Assembly: GCA_031222025.1 (NCBI GenBank)
Contig: CP130740.1
Coordinates: 1,385,666 to 1,409,665, forward strand
From: Eubacteriaceae bacterium ES2
GTDB lineage: Bacteria > Bacillota > Clostridia > Eubacteriales > Eubacteriaceae
Length of the DNA: 24,000 bases
Direction: 5' to 3'
Shown: positions 1 to 8,195 of the stretch, one piece after another
Layout: each line of letters begins with the position of its first letter
Numbering within the stretch: position 1 is the first letter of the stretch
The notes under the pieces: model-generated
Seen by the model: the letters and a program-made list of their open reading frames with translations, nothing else
What the model was told of the DNA's origin: nothing
Database searches by the model: none
Position numbers and translations under genes: made by a program

Positions 1-1
1 G

Positions 2-1234
2 ATTGAGAGTCAAAATGATTTCAGAATTCCTGAGCTGATACCCATGCGTCATGAAAAAATGGCCTCTTCACCATTTTCTTTTTTTCGGGGAACAGCACTG
101 TTAATGGCTCATGATCTGTCACATCAGGCTCAAACTGGTATTCATGCAATTATTTGTGGAGACGCGCATATTGGCAATTTTGGTTTTTTTGCTTCCCCCG
201 AGCGAAGACTAATATTTGATTTGAATGACTTCGATGAAGCAGCGCCAGGGCCATGGGAATGGGATTTAAAGCGGTTTTTAACGAGTATTATTCTGATTGG
301 CAAAGAACATGAATTGAATGAGAATAAGATTCGGGAAATATGTCTTGAAGCTGCTAAGCATTATCGAAATGGGTTGTCGTTAATGTTATCAATGAGTTCA
401 CTGGAACGCTATTTTCTAATAGGTGATGAGGTTTTGTTTTTGGATAGTTTTTCCAAGTCATCGCGGGCAGATTTCGAAAAAATTATTAATAAAGCTAAGA
501 CAAGAACCTCAGATCAAGTCATCAATAAAATGACTGAAACAGACCAGTTTGGGCGGAGAATATTTATTGAAAAGCCACCTGTGGTTGAACGAGTTCAAAA
601 TGAATTAATGGGTAAAGTTGAAGCCTGTTACATGGAATACCTAAAAACTGTTCGACCGGACATTGGCGTCCTTTTATCTCAACATATCCCAACAGATGTT
701 GCCAGACGAGTGGTTGGTGTTGGAAGTATTGGCACCAGGTGCTATTTGCTGGTCCTAACCTGTGAGGATGAAAGTCACTTGGTCTTACAAATTAAGCAGG
801 CTTCAGATTCAGCAATAAGCCGCTATTGCCAACGAAATTTTACAACACCGGAAACTTTGGATCATAATCTTGGAAATGGTTTTCGTGTTGTGAGCCATCA
901 ACAAATGCTTCAAGCAGTTTCTGATCCGTTTCTTGGCTATTTTACCAGTGATGATGGTTTTGATTTCTATGTCAGGCAATTTCGTGATATGAAAGGAACA
1001 GTTAAACTTGACGAACTGGATAATGACACATTCAAAGAATATGCCAGAAACTGTGGGATTGTTCTGGCCCGGGCTCACGCGCAAAGTCCGTACGCCAATT
1101 GGATAAAGGGGTATCTTGGTGAAAGCGATGAGTTTGATCACGCGGTTTATGAATGGAGCATGGCTTATTCGCGGCAGGTTTTTAATGATTATAAGATATA
1201 CGTTGATAAACTCGGACTAGCCTCCGAGAAGTAA
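2..1234 (+). CDS. DUF2252 domain-containing protein (5' end cut by window edge)
   Basis: The reading frame is open from nt 2 (IESQNDFRIPELIPMRHEKM...), so the ATG at 44 in the ORF track is internal. The conserved DUF2252 N-terminal blocks SPFSFFRGTA, CGDAHIGNFG and RLIFDLNDFDEAAPGPWEWDLKR are recognised from family knowledge. A terminator hairpin follows the stop. Confidence 0.85.
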   Translation: MESQNDFRIPELIPMRHEKMASSPFSFFRGTALLMAHDLSHQAQTGIHAIICGDAHIGNFGFFASPERRLIFDLNDFDEAAPGPWEWDLKRFLTSIILIGKEHELNENKIREICLEAAKHYRNGLSLMLSMSSLERYFLIGDEVLFLDSFSKSSRADFEKIINKAKTRTSDQVINKMTETDQFGRRIFIEKPPVVERVQNELMGKVEACYMEYLKTVRPDIGVLLSQHIPTDVARRVVGVGSIGTRCYLLVLTCEDESHLVLQIKQASDSAISRYCQRNFTTPETLDHNLGNGFRVVSHQQMLQAVSDPFLGYFTSDDGFDFYVRQFRDMKGTVKLDELDNDTFKEYARNCGIVLARAHAQSPYANWIKGYLGESDEFDHAVYEWSMAYSRQVFNDYKIYVDKLGLASEK

Positions 1235-1237
1235 ATT

Positions 1238-1277
1238 AAAAACCCTCTAAAAGAGTCGCAACTTTTAAAGGGTTTTT
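1238..1277 (+). terminator. Rho-independent terminator of the DUF2252 gene
   Basis: aaaaaccctctaaaag (1238-1253) pairs with cttttaaagggttttt (1262-1277): 16 bp with one C:A mismatch and an 8-nt loop. The T-run 1273-1277 starts 4 nt after the stop codon region. Confidence 0.7.
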
Positions 1278-1526
1278 GATTGGAATCCAAGAGACTGGAA
1301 AAGGTTTTTTCAGCTGAATCAATGCGATAAGTGTTGATACAAACTGAAATAATGCATAAAATGATGAATCTATCCATATTATATCGGAATTTCTATTGAA
1401 AGTCAAGTGCAAAACAAGATAAAAAGTAACGAAAATGATCGTAATTGGTTTAATAAATAAAGTCAAGCGCGGATGAAAAAGCAAATTTCATCTGATGAAT
1501 CAACAAACGTTTACAAATCATTTGTC

Positions 1527-1555
1527 TTGAAATCTTTTAAGGATTTTGATAGAAT
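1527..1555 (+). promoter_or_regulatory. Candidate sigma-A promoter for the permease gene
   Basis: TTGAAA (1527-1532), a 17-nt spacer, then TAGAAT (1550-1555). This would give a leader of about 130 nt before the ATG at 1694. Confidence 0.45.
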
Positions 1556-1693
1556 AAATTCGTTGATGTTTGAAAGGTTTCGAAAAGAGCAATGGCGCTA
1601 ATAACTTCGAAAGGAGTTTTTGCGCCCTTTTTTGCTTTATGCCATTTAAATTTTAACTCAAAAGAGTTTATAATTTCTTTAAAGGAGGATGAT

Positions 1694-2974
1694 ATGACAG
1701 AAGCAACATATTTTTTTCTTTCGCTGGTGATTTTTATTGGTGTCTATGTTTTGATTATTATGGATCGGTTGGATCGGACACTTGTTGCCTTGGCGGGAGG
1801 CTTGCTGATGATTTTTTTGCAAATTATCAATCAGGAGGAAGCGATTCATGCCGTTGACTTTGACACCATTACCTTACTAATTGGTATGATGATGATTGTT
1901 ATGGTAATGCGGCGGACCGGCATTTTTGAATATCTGGCTATCAAAATGCTGAAAATATCAAAAGCCGATCCTCAAAGACTGATTATTCTGTTTTCTTTGA
2001 TAACCGGTGTTTTGTCTGGTCTACTTGATAATGTTACAACAATTATGCTGATTATACCGGTAACGCTAAGTGTTGCAAAGGACCTGAAACTTGATCCCAT
2101 TCCGTTTATAATTGCTGAAATTTTTTCTTCTAATATTGGTGGTACAGCAACATTAATTGGGGATCCACCTAATATTATGATTGGCAGTGAAGTACCACTT
2201 TCATTCAATGATTTTTTGTTGAATAATGCCATAATTGCCTTGCCGATTCTCATTGTCACCTCAATCCTGTTTTCCCTGTTGTACAAACGGATGTTGGTTG
2301 CTGATGAAACGGTTAAACGAAAACTGCTGGAAGTCGATGAAAATGAGGCTATTCATGATCCGGTTCTATTGCGAAAGAGCCTAGTGATTTTCAGTCTTGT
2401 TATATTAGGATTTATTTTTAACGCTTATATCCATGTTGAGTCGGCAACGATTGCTTTAACTGGTGCCGTGGCATTAATTTTTCTCTCAGGAATTTCGTCA
2501 GAAGAAATTTTAGTTGAAGTTGAGTGGAAAACAATTTTCTTTTTTATTGGGCTTTTTATGTTGGTTGGGGGAATTGAAGCAACTGGCGTAATTGAAATGC
2601 TGGCTGAAGAAGTACTTCGACTAACCGGAGGGAATCTTTTCAGCACATCCATATCGATTTTATGGGTGTCTGCGCTTGCTTCTGCCTTTATAGATAATAT
2701 CCCCTTTGTTGCCACAATGATTCCGATGATTACTGATATGGGAATTATTTCGGGAATGGACGTTTACCCTTTATGGTGGGCTTTGTCACTAGGTGCATGT
2801 CTGGGGGGGAATGGGACTGTTATTGGAGCCAGTGCTAATGTTGTGGCCATCGGACTGGCAGAAGGTCAGGGATATAAAATCACCTTTAAAAACTATTTTA
2901 GGGTCGCTTTTCCCTTCATGCTGATGACTGTTTTTGTTGCGATGATTTATCTTATTTTTCGTTTTCTGGTTTAA
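1694..2974 (+). CDS. ArsB/NhaD-superfamily (citrate transporter-like / SLC13-type) permease
   Basis: The ORF is 1592-2974, but I place the start at ATG 1694 because AAAGGAGG (1681-1688) sits 5 nt upstream. The protein is polytopic and hydrophobic (about 10-12 predicted TM segments). Blocks typical of the ArsB/NhaD/CitMHS fold are present (LLDNVTT, SNIGGTATLIGDPPN, DNIPFVATMIP, GGNGTVIGASANV). Confidence 0.8.
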   Translation: MTEATYFFLSLVIFIGVYVLIIMDRLDRTLVALAGGLLMIFLQIINQEEAIHAVDFDTITLLIGMMMIVMVMRRTGIFEYLAIKMLKISKADPQRLIILFSLITGVLSGLLDNVTTIMLIIPVTLSVAKDLKLDPIPFIIAEIFSSNIGGTATLIGDPPNIMIGSEVPLSFNDFLLNNAIIALPILIVTSILFSLLYKRMLVADETVKRKLLEVDENEAIHDPVLLRKSLVIFSLVILGFIFNAYIHVESATIALTGAVALIFLSGISSEEILVEVEWKTIFFFIGLFMLVGGIEATGVIEMLAEEVLRLTGGNLFSTSISILWVSALASAFIDNIPFVATMIPMITDMGIISGMDVYPLWWALSLGACLGGNGTVIGASANVVAIGLAEGQGYKITFKNYFRVAFPFMLMTVFVAMIYLIFRFLV

Positions 2975-3018
2975 AAAAGAGCAGTTTCTTTAGGGGGAAA
3001 TAAAGAAACTGCTCTTTT
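2975..3018. terminator. Bidirectional terminator between convergent genes
   Basis: Perfect 18-bp stem: aaaagagcagtttcttta (2975-2992) pairs with taaagaaactgctctttt (3001-3018), with an 8-nt loop gggggaaa. A/T runs sit at both stem ends. It lies between the stop at 2974 (+) and the stop at 3037 (-). Confidence 0.85.
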
Positions 3019-3036
3019 AAAGATGTTAAATTTCTT

Positions 3037-4230
3037 TCATTGTTTTTGAGCTATTGCAGGTGAAACTGCTTTTTCTTGAGAACTCAAATGTTCAAAAAAG
3101 TCTTTCTTATAGGCTTCTTTTTTTTGATACATGTGCTGATCAGCGTCTTTTAAGAGATCTGATAATGGGCGGTTTTCAGAAACTGTTTGTGTGCTGCAAC
3201 CAAAACTGATACTGAGCTGGTATGGTTTAGAAGCGGACTCGTTGTACATTATTAAAGCATTTGAAATATTTTGTAATAATGCATTTAAATTGAGATGGTC
3301 ATCAGATTCGATTAAAATTAAAAATTCATCGCCGCCAAAACGATACACGGTATCACCTGAACTAATCATTGATTCCAGAATGTGGGAAGTGGTTATTAGG
3401 GCTTCGTCCCCGGTGTGGTGGCCATAGCAATCATTTATTTGTTTGAAATTATTAATATCACCAAGAATAATAGAAAAAGCCTGAGCTTTATCATTCAGAT
3501 ATTGGACACGTTGCACAAAACGTTCACGGGTAGGAAGACCGGTTAAGGCGTCACGCAGGTTATTGTCTTGTTCAATCTGAACATAGGCAATGAGCGTAGA
3601 GAAGGAAAAAGCCGGCCAGATGATCAATAATCCATAAGCAACGGATTGAAGAACACCGGCAAGAATCGGAATTAGCATGAACAGAAAAACTGATTCGAGA
3701 ATTCGCCCGTTTATCTGTTTTTTGAATTTGAAGGTACATAAGTAGAGGATGGTAATCATCAGATAAGTTAGCGAAACAATCAGATAAAGGCCAATATTGC
3801 GGGCGTACTGATTTTCGGAATTGATGGTAAATACAAAGCCGGTAAAGAAATTGATGGACATGATTAAAAGAGTAATGTAAAAAGGAATGAGATAAAAACG
3901 GATGCGTTTCTTTAAAGCACGGTAATCATCGAAAATTTTATAATCGGCATAGGCAACCCAAGCCACAGCTGGGAAGCTATTAAAACAAATAAGTATGGTG
4001 TTGCTGACAAGCAGTAGCCAGTAACTAAAAACATAATGTGTGCCATCAAGAAACCAGGTAAGACCTTCCAAAAAGTTCATTATGATCAAAATGAAAACAA
4101 TATTTAGAAGTAGTTTCGTAGAGATGTCATGCGAACGGTTTTTTTTAATGAGACTGATGGCAATAAAGATCAGGAGACAAATCGCAAAGAGCAGCAGGTC
4201 AATTGAATAGAAAAGATGCAGATGGTTCAT
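3037..4230 (-). CDS. Membrane-anchored diguanylate cyclase (multi-TM N-terminus + GGDEF domain)
   Basis: 397 aa. The N-terminal ~210 aa are hydrophobic helices. The C-terminus has LTGLPTRERF, NNFKQINDCYGHHTGDEAL and RFGGDEF. There is no RxxD I-site 5 residues upstream of GGDEF (SSGD instead). The RBS GGAGG is upstream of ATG 4230. Confidence 0.9.
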   Translation of the reverse strand: MNHLHLFYSIDLLLFAICLLIFIAISLIKKNRSHDISTKLLLNIVFILIIMNFLEGLTWFLDGTHYVFSYWLLLVSNTILICFNSFPAVAWVAYADYKIFDDYRALKKRIRFYLIPFYITLLIMSINFFTGFVFTINSENQYARNIGLYLIVSLTYLMITILYLCTFKFKKQINGRILESVFLFMLIPILAGVLQSVAYGLLIIWPAFSFSTLIAYVQIEQDNNLRDALTGLPTRERFVQRVQYLNDKAQAFSIILGDINNFKQINDCYGHHTGDEALITTSHILESMISSGDTVYRFGGDEFLILIESDDHLNLNALLQNISNALIMYNESASKPYQLSISFGCSTQTVSENRPLSDLLKDADQHMYQKKEAYKKDFFEHLSSQEKAVSPAIAQKQ

Positions 4231-4266
4231 AAAGCCTCCAAATTATAAATTGATTTGATCTTAATT

Positions 4267-4329
4267 ATTATAACATAAGGCCTAAGCGGAATGAAGATAG
4301 AATAATTCGCTTAGGCCTTATGTTATAAT
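4267..4329. repeat. 22-bp perfect inverted repeat (terminator hairpin of upstream GGDEF gene) carrying TGTTATAAT on both strands
   Basis: attataacataaggcctaagcg (4267-4288) is the exact reverse complement of cgcttaggccttatgttataat (4308-4329), with a 19-nt loop. It lies 16 nt downstream of the stop of gene 4345-5451 (-) and 37 nt upstream of ATG 4230 (-). Each arm ends in an extended -10 consensus, TGnTATAAT. Confidence 0.8.
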
Positions 4330-4344
4330 TCCCAAACAATTCGG

Positions 4345-5451
4345 TTAGACTTGGGCAGGGATAAAAAGTTTGGGATCAGAGTATCGGACAACTTTGTTTC
4401 GGCCGCTGTTTTTAGCATCTTTAAGCGCTATACCGGCATTCTTAATGGTATCAAGACAATCTCCACCCGGATATAGAGCAGTGCCAATTGAAATAGTGAT
4501 AGGACAAACTCCGTTAACAGAGCGCTCGACGGCATTGCGGATTCGCTCGGCAACTAAATCGACCTGATCCTCAGGACAATCAAATAGAATGGCGGCAAAT
4601 TCTTCTCCACCCCACCGAATAACCAGATCAGAAGCTCTTAAACTGTTACGAATACAGTCTGCGACAAACTGTAGAATGCGATCACCATTATCGTGACCAA
4701 AGTGATCATTAACTGCCTTTAAATGGTCGATATCCATCATTAAAATAGCAATCTGGCTGCTTAAAAAACTGATATCATGAGAAGCGCCCATCAGTTCATC
4801 GATTTTACGACGATTAAAAACTTTGGTCAAGGGGTCGTGAAGGAGTGCAAAGGCTAATTTTTTTTCCATGAGATAATGCTGGAAATAAAATTGCGTAAAT
4901 GTGAAAGTTAAAGCTGATAAAAAAATGATTGGAATAATTAAAGAAACAAGTGCGGCTGGTGAGTTTTCAAGCAGTTGGTAATAGTTGAAAAAATAAAAGT
5001 CTCCAATCAAAGCCAAATAAGTAACAATGGAAAAGGATAGAGGTGCTGAAAATGTGATAAGAAATAATATAAAAGCGGCAAAAATTAAGACTATGTTTAT
5101 TGATGAATAGCTGCTTTTTGAGCTGTTGATCAGAAGTGCGCCGATAATAAAAGCATGGATGGTTATCAATGAAAGCCCCGATATTAATTTGTAATTACTG
5201 CTTTGAGTTGATGTAAAATAAACCGCCAACAAAGGTAAAATAAAAAGAAGGCGCATTATAAAAACAAATGATGAAATCGAAGCGGTTATACAAAAATCAT
5301 TGATGATCGCACCCAGATATAGAAATAAAGCAATTGTTAAAACGACAAGATTGAATGATCGATAATAGTGATATTTAGCCAGATAAAAGTCATTCCGGGC
5401 GCTTTCCGGAAGATTTAAAAAAATATTCATCTTTGGGGTCTCCTCAGTCAC
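4345..5451 (-). CDS. Membrane-anchored diguanylate cyclase (multi-TM N-terminus + GGDEF domain with I-site)
   Basis: 368 aa. The hydrophobic N-terminal ~190 aa are followed by DPLTKVFNRRK, DIDHLKAVNDHFGHDNGDRIL and RWGGEEF. RASD lies exactly 5 residues upstream of GGEEF, which is an RxxD inhibitory site. The RBS GAGGAG is upstream of ATG 5451. Confidence 0.9.
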   Translation of the reverse strand: MTEETPKMNIFLNLPESARNDFYLAKYHYYRSFNLVVLTIALFLYLGAIINDFCITASISSFVFIMRLLFILPLLAVYFTSTQSSNYKLISGLSLITIHAFIIGALLINSSKSSYSSINIVLIFAAFILFLITFSAPLSFSIVTYLALIGDFYFFNYYQLLENSPAALVSLIIPIIFLSALTFTFTQFYFQHYLMEKKLAFALLHDPLTKVFNRRKIDELMGASHDISFLSSQIAILMMDIDHLKAVNDHFGHDNGDRILQFVADCIRNSLRASDLVIRWGGEEFAAILFDCPEDQVDLVAERIRNAVERSVNGVCPITISIGTALYPGGDCLDTIKNAGIALKDAKNSGRNKVVRYSDPKLFIPAQV

Positions 5452-5483
5452 GTAAAATAATCCAAGATTTTGATGGATAGAAT

Positions 5484-5512
5484 ATTATACCATATTTAAT
5501 CTAATGAAGGAA
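5484..5512 (-). promoter_or_regulatory. Candidate extended -10 promoter for GGDEF gene 4345-5451
   Basis: On the minus strand, TGGTATAAT (5492..5484) with a weak -35 TTCCTT (5512..5507) at 17-nt spacing. It sits about 33 nt upstream of the start codon. Confidence 0.5.
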
Positions 5513-5824
5513 TTTAAAAGCGCACGACAGGGAGCGATATTTAAAATGAGCAGGGATCAGGATCGGGCTGTGACATATAAAAGCCTGACATGAATGAAAT
5601 ACCGAAAGAGAATATTGTGGGTTTTATCGGGTATGAATTTGGTATATTTCTTTTTAATAATTTCCCGTCTTACAAATCCATTCAAAGGGATTCAAGGGAA
5701 CAAACCCAACCGTAAAAAACTGAATCCCCAAAAAGTGCAAGAGAGAAACCTGCGTTAGAGTCGAACACGATAACTTTTTCAGCCAGTAAATAGCAACTTA
5801 AAAGGGTATAATAAGGGAAACGTG

Positions 5825-8119
5825 ATGAAAAAAGATCAGATTAGAGATTTTCTTAATAAAAATATTTTTAAAGCAGATGAACAGGACGAAAGCCTTGGCA
5901 ATCTGCACTTGTTAAAGAACAGGATTTATTCACTGGTCTCATTTCTGATTGTTTTATTCAGTGGACCACTGCTTGTATATGGGGCATATTTATTTTATCA
6001 GAAAAATGATTATTTACAGGCTAGTCTGGAAATCATAGTCTACATCATCGTGATTATTTCTATGACATCTCCCAACATTGGCGTTGATCTAAAGAAGATT
6101 ATCATGATATCATTGATTTATTTTTTCGGTCTTGTTTTGTTGCTTTCTGCTGGGCCCCAAGGAGCTGGGCAAATTACGATTGTTTTATCCTTTGTATTGT
6201 CTTCTTCTGTGCTGGGTAAAAAACAGAACATTCTATTTTTTATTTTTAATCTGGCTATTTTTATCATGATTACGGTTTTTCTTTCTTTGGGCTTTTTAAA
6301 AGGACTTGCCATCAGTCAATATGAAAACTATTGGCTGATCAATGTTCTGACGTTACAACTTGTTTTGATGGGGATGGTTTTTCTACATCAGATGATCTAT
6401 GATGGTCTGGAAAAACAAACTGAAGCAGTTCTCAAATCAAAAAAAAAGTTGGCTGTCAGCGAAGAAAGGTATCGTATTTTGGCCGATAACACTGCAGACG
6501 TTATTTGGGTTTATAATGTTGACTTGAAAAAATTTGTCTATATTAGTCCGGCGATCAAAACACTGCGGGGATTAACTGTAGAGGAAGCGTTAAAAGAGTC
6601 GCTTGAAGAATCAGTGATACCTGAATTTAGAGCGGCTCTAGTTGCTGAGATTGCCAAAAGTTTAAATGATTTCTTGCATAATCCGACAGAGCCGGAAGAT
6701 TTTATTAATGAATTTAAACACCCCTGTAAAGATGGGACTAGCGTTTGGGTTGAAACGGCATCTCGTTATCGCTTTAATGCTAACGGGGAAGTCGAGATCA
6801 TAAGTTCCAGCCGTAATATTATGGAACGAAAAGAAAAGGAAGCTCAGATCGAGTATTTAGATGATCATGATCCCTTAACAGGCTTATTTAACCGCAAAGC
6901 GCTGATGAAGAGAATGCTTAAAGATGAGAAACAGATATCTGTGATTAGTATCAACATTGATAATTTCAGGGTGATTAATGAAGAGCTTGGTCATAAGGGG
7001 GGAGATCGTATTCTTCAGGAATTGTCAGAAAATATCATGACAGCAGTCACAGACATCGGTCAGGTTTACCGGATTGGCGGTGACGAATTTGTAGTGGTAA
7101 TAAAAAATAATTATCACAAACAGGTTCTTAATGTAGCTGAGAAAATTTCTAAAGCTGTTTCAAGACAATTTAAGTCTGATTCTAAGATCTTGTATATTAC
7201 TGTTTCGCTGGGGATCGGAATAGGAGATGAGAATGAAGATTTATCAGAAATTATAAAAAAATCTGACACTGCTTTATACGTTGCTAAAAAAGAAAAAAAT
7301 CAAATATTGCTGTATCAGCCATCAATGGAAAAACGAAGAAGCTGGGAAGCGATACTCGAAAAAGATTTATCATCAGCCCTGGAAAACAAGGAATTCGAAC
7401 TTGTTTTTCAGCCGATTTATGATATAAATCAGCATAAGTTTAATCAGGCTGAAGCTTTGCTGCGATGGAATCATCCGGACTTAGGCGAGATTTCACCTGT
7501 TGACTTTATTCCAATCGCAGAAAAAACCCGTTTGATTATTCCCATCACTAACTGGGTCATAAAAGAAGTCTGTAAACAAAGCAGTAAATGGGCTTCAGCG
7601 GGATTGGGGGAAATGATTATCAGTATTAATATCTCAATTTTACTATTTGAAAATAGGGGTTCAGAGCTTTTAGAAGCTGTTCAGACGGGAATAGATGAGG
7701 CAATGATTCTGGCCAGCTCGATCAAATTGGAAATTACTGAAAGCTGCTTGATCAGAGATACCAATGAGTTAATCAAAACATTTTCTGAGTTGAAGAAAAT
7801 TGGTGTCAAATTGGCATTGGATGACTTCGGCACGGGTTATTCTTTTTTTGGCAGTATCAAAGACTTGCCGCTGGATGTGATTAAACTGGATCGATCGTTG
7901 ATCGCGCAAATTGATATAGATCTGCGAGAGCAGCAAATAATAAAAGCCTTAATTACAATTATTCACAATTTAAAAATTAAAATTGTGGCTGAGGGAATTG
8001 AGACAGTAGCAGAATTTGAAATTTTGCAGCAAATGGGTTGTGATTATATTCAGGGATTTTATTTTAGTCAGCCACTGAAAGCAAGCGATTTGTTTTTTTT
8101 CTGTACTAATAATAGCTAG
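5825..8119 (+). CDS. Membrane-bound PAS-GGDEF-EAL protein (putative bifunctional diguanylate cyclase/phosphodiesterase)
   Basis: The ORF starts at GTG 5822. I prefer ATG 5825 because AAGGGA lies 6 nt upstream. The N-terminal ~190 aa are TM helices, followed by a PAS domain (RYRILADNTADVIWVY...). The GGDEF domain shows DPLTGLFNRKAL and RIGGDEF, with no RxxD. The EAL domain has intact signature residues (EALLRW, EITES, DDFGTGYS, KLDRS, EGIET, QGFYFSQP). Confidence 0.9.
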   Translation: MKKDQIRDFLNKNIFKADEQDESLGNLHLLKNRIYSLVSFLIVLFSGPLLVYGAYLFYQKNDYLQASLEIIVYIIVIISMTSPNIGVDLKKIIMISLIYFFGLVLLLSAGPQGAGQITIVLSFVLSSSVLGKKQNILFFIFNLAIFIMITVFLSLGFLKGLAISQYENYWLINVLTLQLVLMGMVFLHQMIYDGLEKQTEAVLKSKKKLAVSEERYRILADNTADVIWVYNVDLKKFVYISPAIKTLRGLTVEEALKESLEESVIPEFRAALVAEIAKSLNDFLHNPTEPEDFINEFKHPCKDGTSVWVETASRYRFNANGEVEIISSSRNIMERKEKEAQIEYLDDHDPLTGLFNRKALMKRMLKDEKQISVISINIDNFRVINEELGHKGGDRILQELSENIMTAVTDIGQVYRIGGDEFVVVIKNNYHKQVLNVAEKISKAVSRQFKSDSKILYITVSLGIGIGDENEDLSEIIKKSDTALYVAKKEKNQILLYQPSMEKRRSWEAILEKDLSSALENKEFELVFQPIYDINQHKFNQAEALLRWNHPDLGEISPVDFIPIAEKTRLIIPITNWVIKEVCKQSSKWASAGLGEMIISINISILLFENRGSELLEAVQTGIDEAMILASSIKLEITESCLIRDTNELIKTFSELKKIGVKLALDDFGTGYSFFGSIKDLPLDVIKLDRSLIAQIDIDLREQQIIKALITIIHNLKIKIVAEGIETVAEFEILQQMGCDYIQGFYFSQPLKASDLFFFCTNNS

Positions 8120-8195
8120 AAAAAGGGCTTCGATCTGCTTTGGAGAGCTTATTTTGGGTAAATATCTTATAATTCGTACTGCATAAGGAGTGAAA

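Noticed and set aside
1189-1484. Two minus-strand ORFs (62 aa at 1189-1377 and 82 aa at 1236-1484) in the DUF2252/permease intergenic region. The longer one is hydrophobic and could be a small membrane protein.
   Set aside because: No Shine-Dalgarno sequence lies upstream of either start. Both run through the plus-strand terminator hairpin (1238-1277) and into the 3' end of the DUF2252 gene. No recognisable motif is present. They remain formally possible, but I cannot support them.
5515-5600. Possible c-di-GMP riboswitch upstream of the GGDEF-EAL gene. The segment gcgcacgacagggagcga loosely recalls the CACGCACAGGGCAAAC start of GEMM-I, and gacatataaaagcc loosely recalls GACGCAAAGCC.
   Set aside because: The highly conserved GCAAA tetraloop-receptor elements and the GGACGCAAAGCC core are not actually present, and I could not draw the two-hairpin GEMM fold or the class II pseudoknot. 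The resemblance is too weak to report without an Infernal scan.
5807-5812. A perfect TATAAT hexamer just upstream of the PAS-GGDEF-EAL gene, considered as its promoter.
   Set aside because: It ends only 9-12 nt before the GTG/ATG start and overlaps the RBS position. No acceptable -35 or TG extension is present. It would imply neither a normal leader nor a precise leaderless start.
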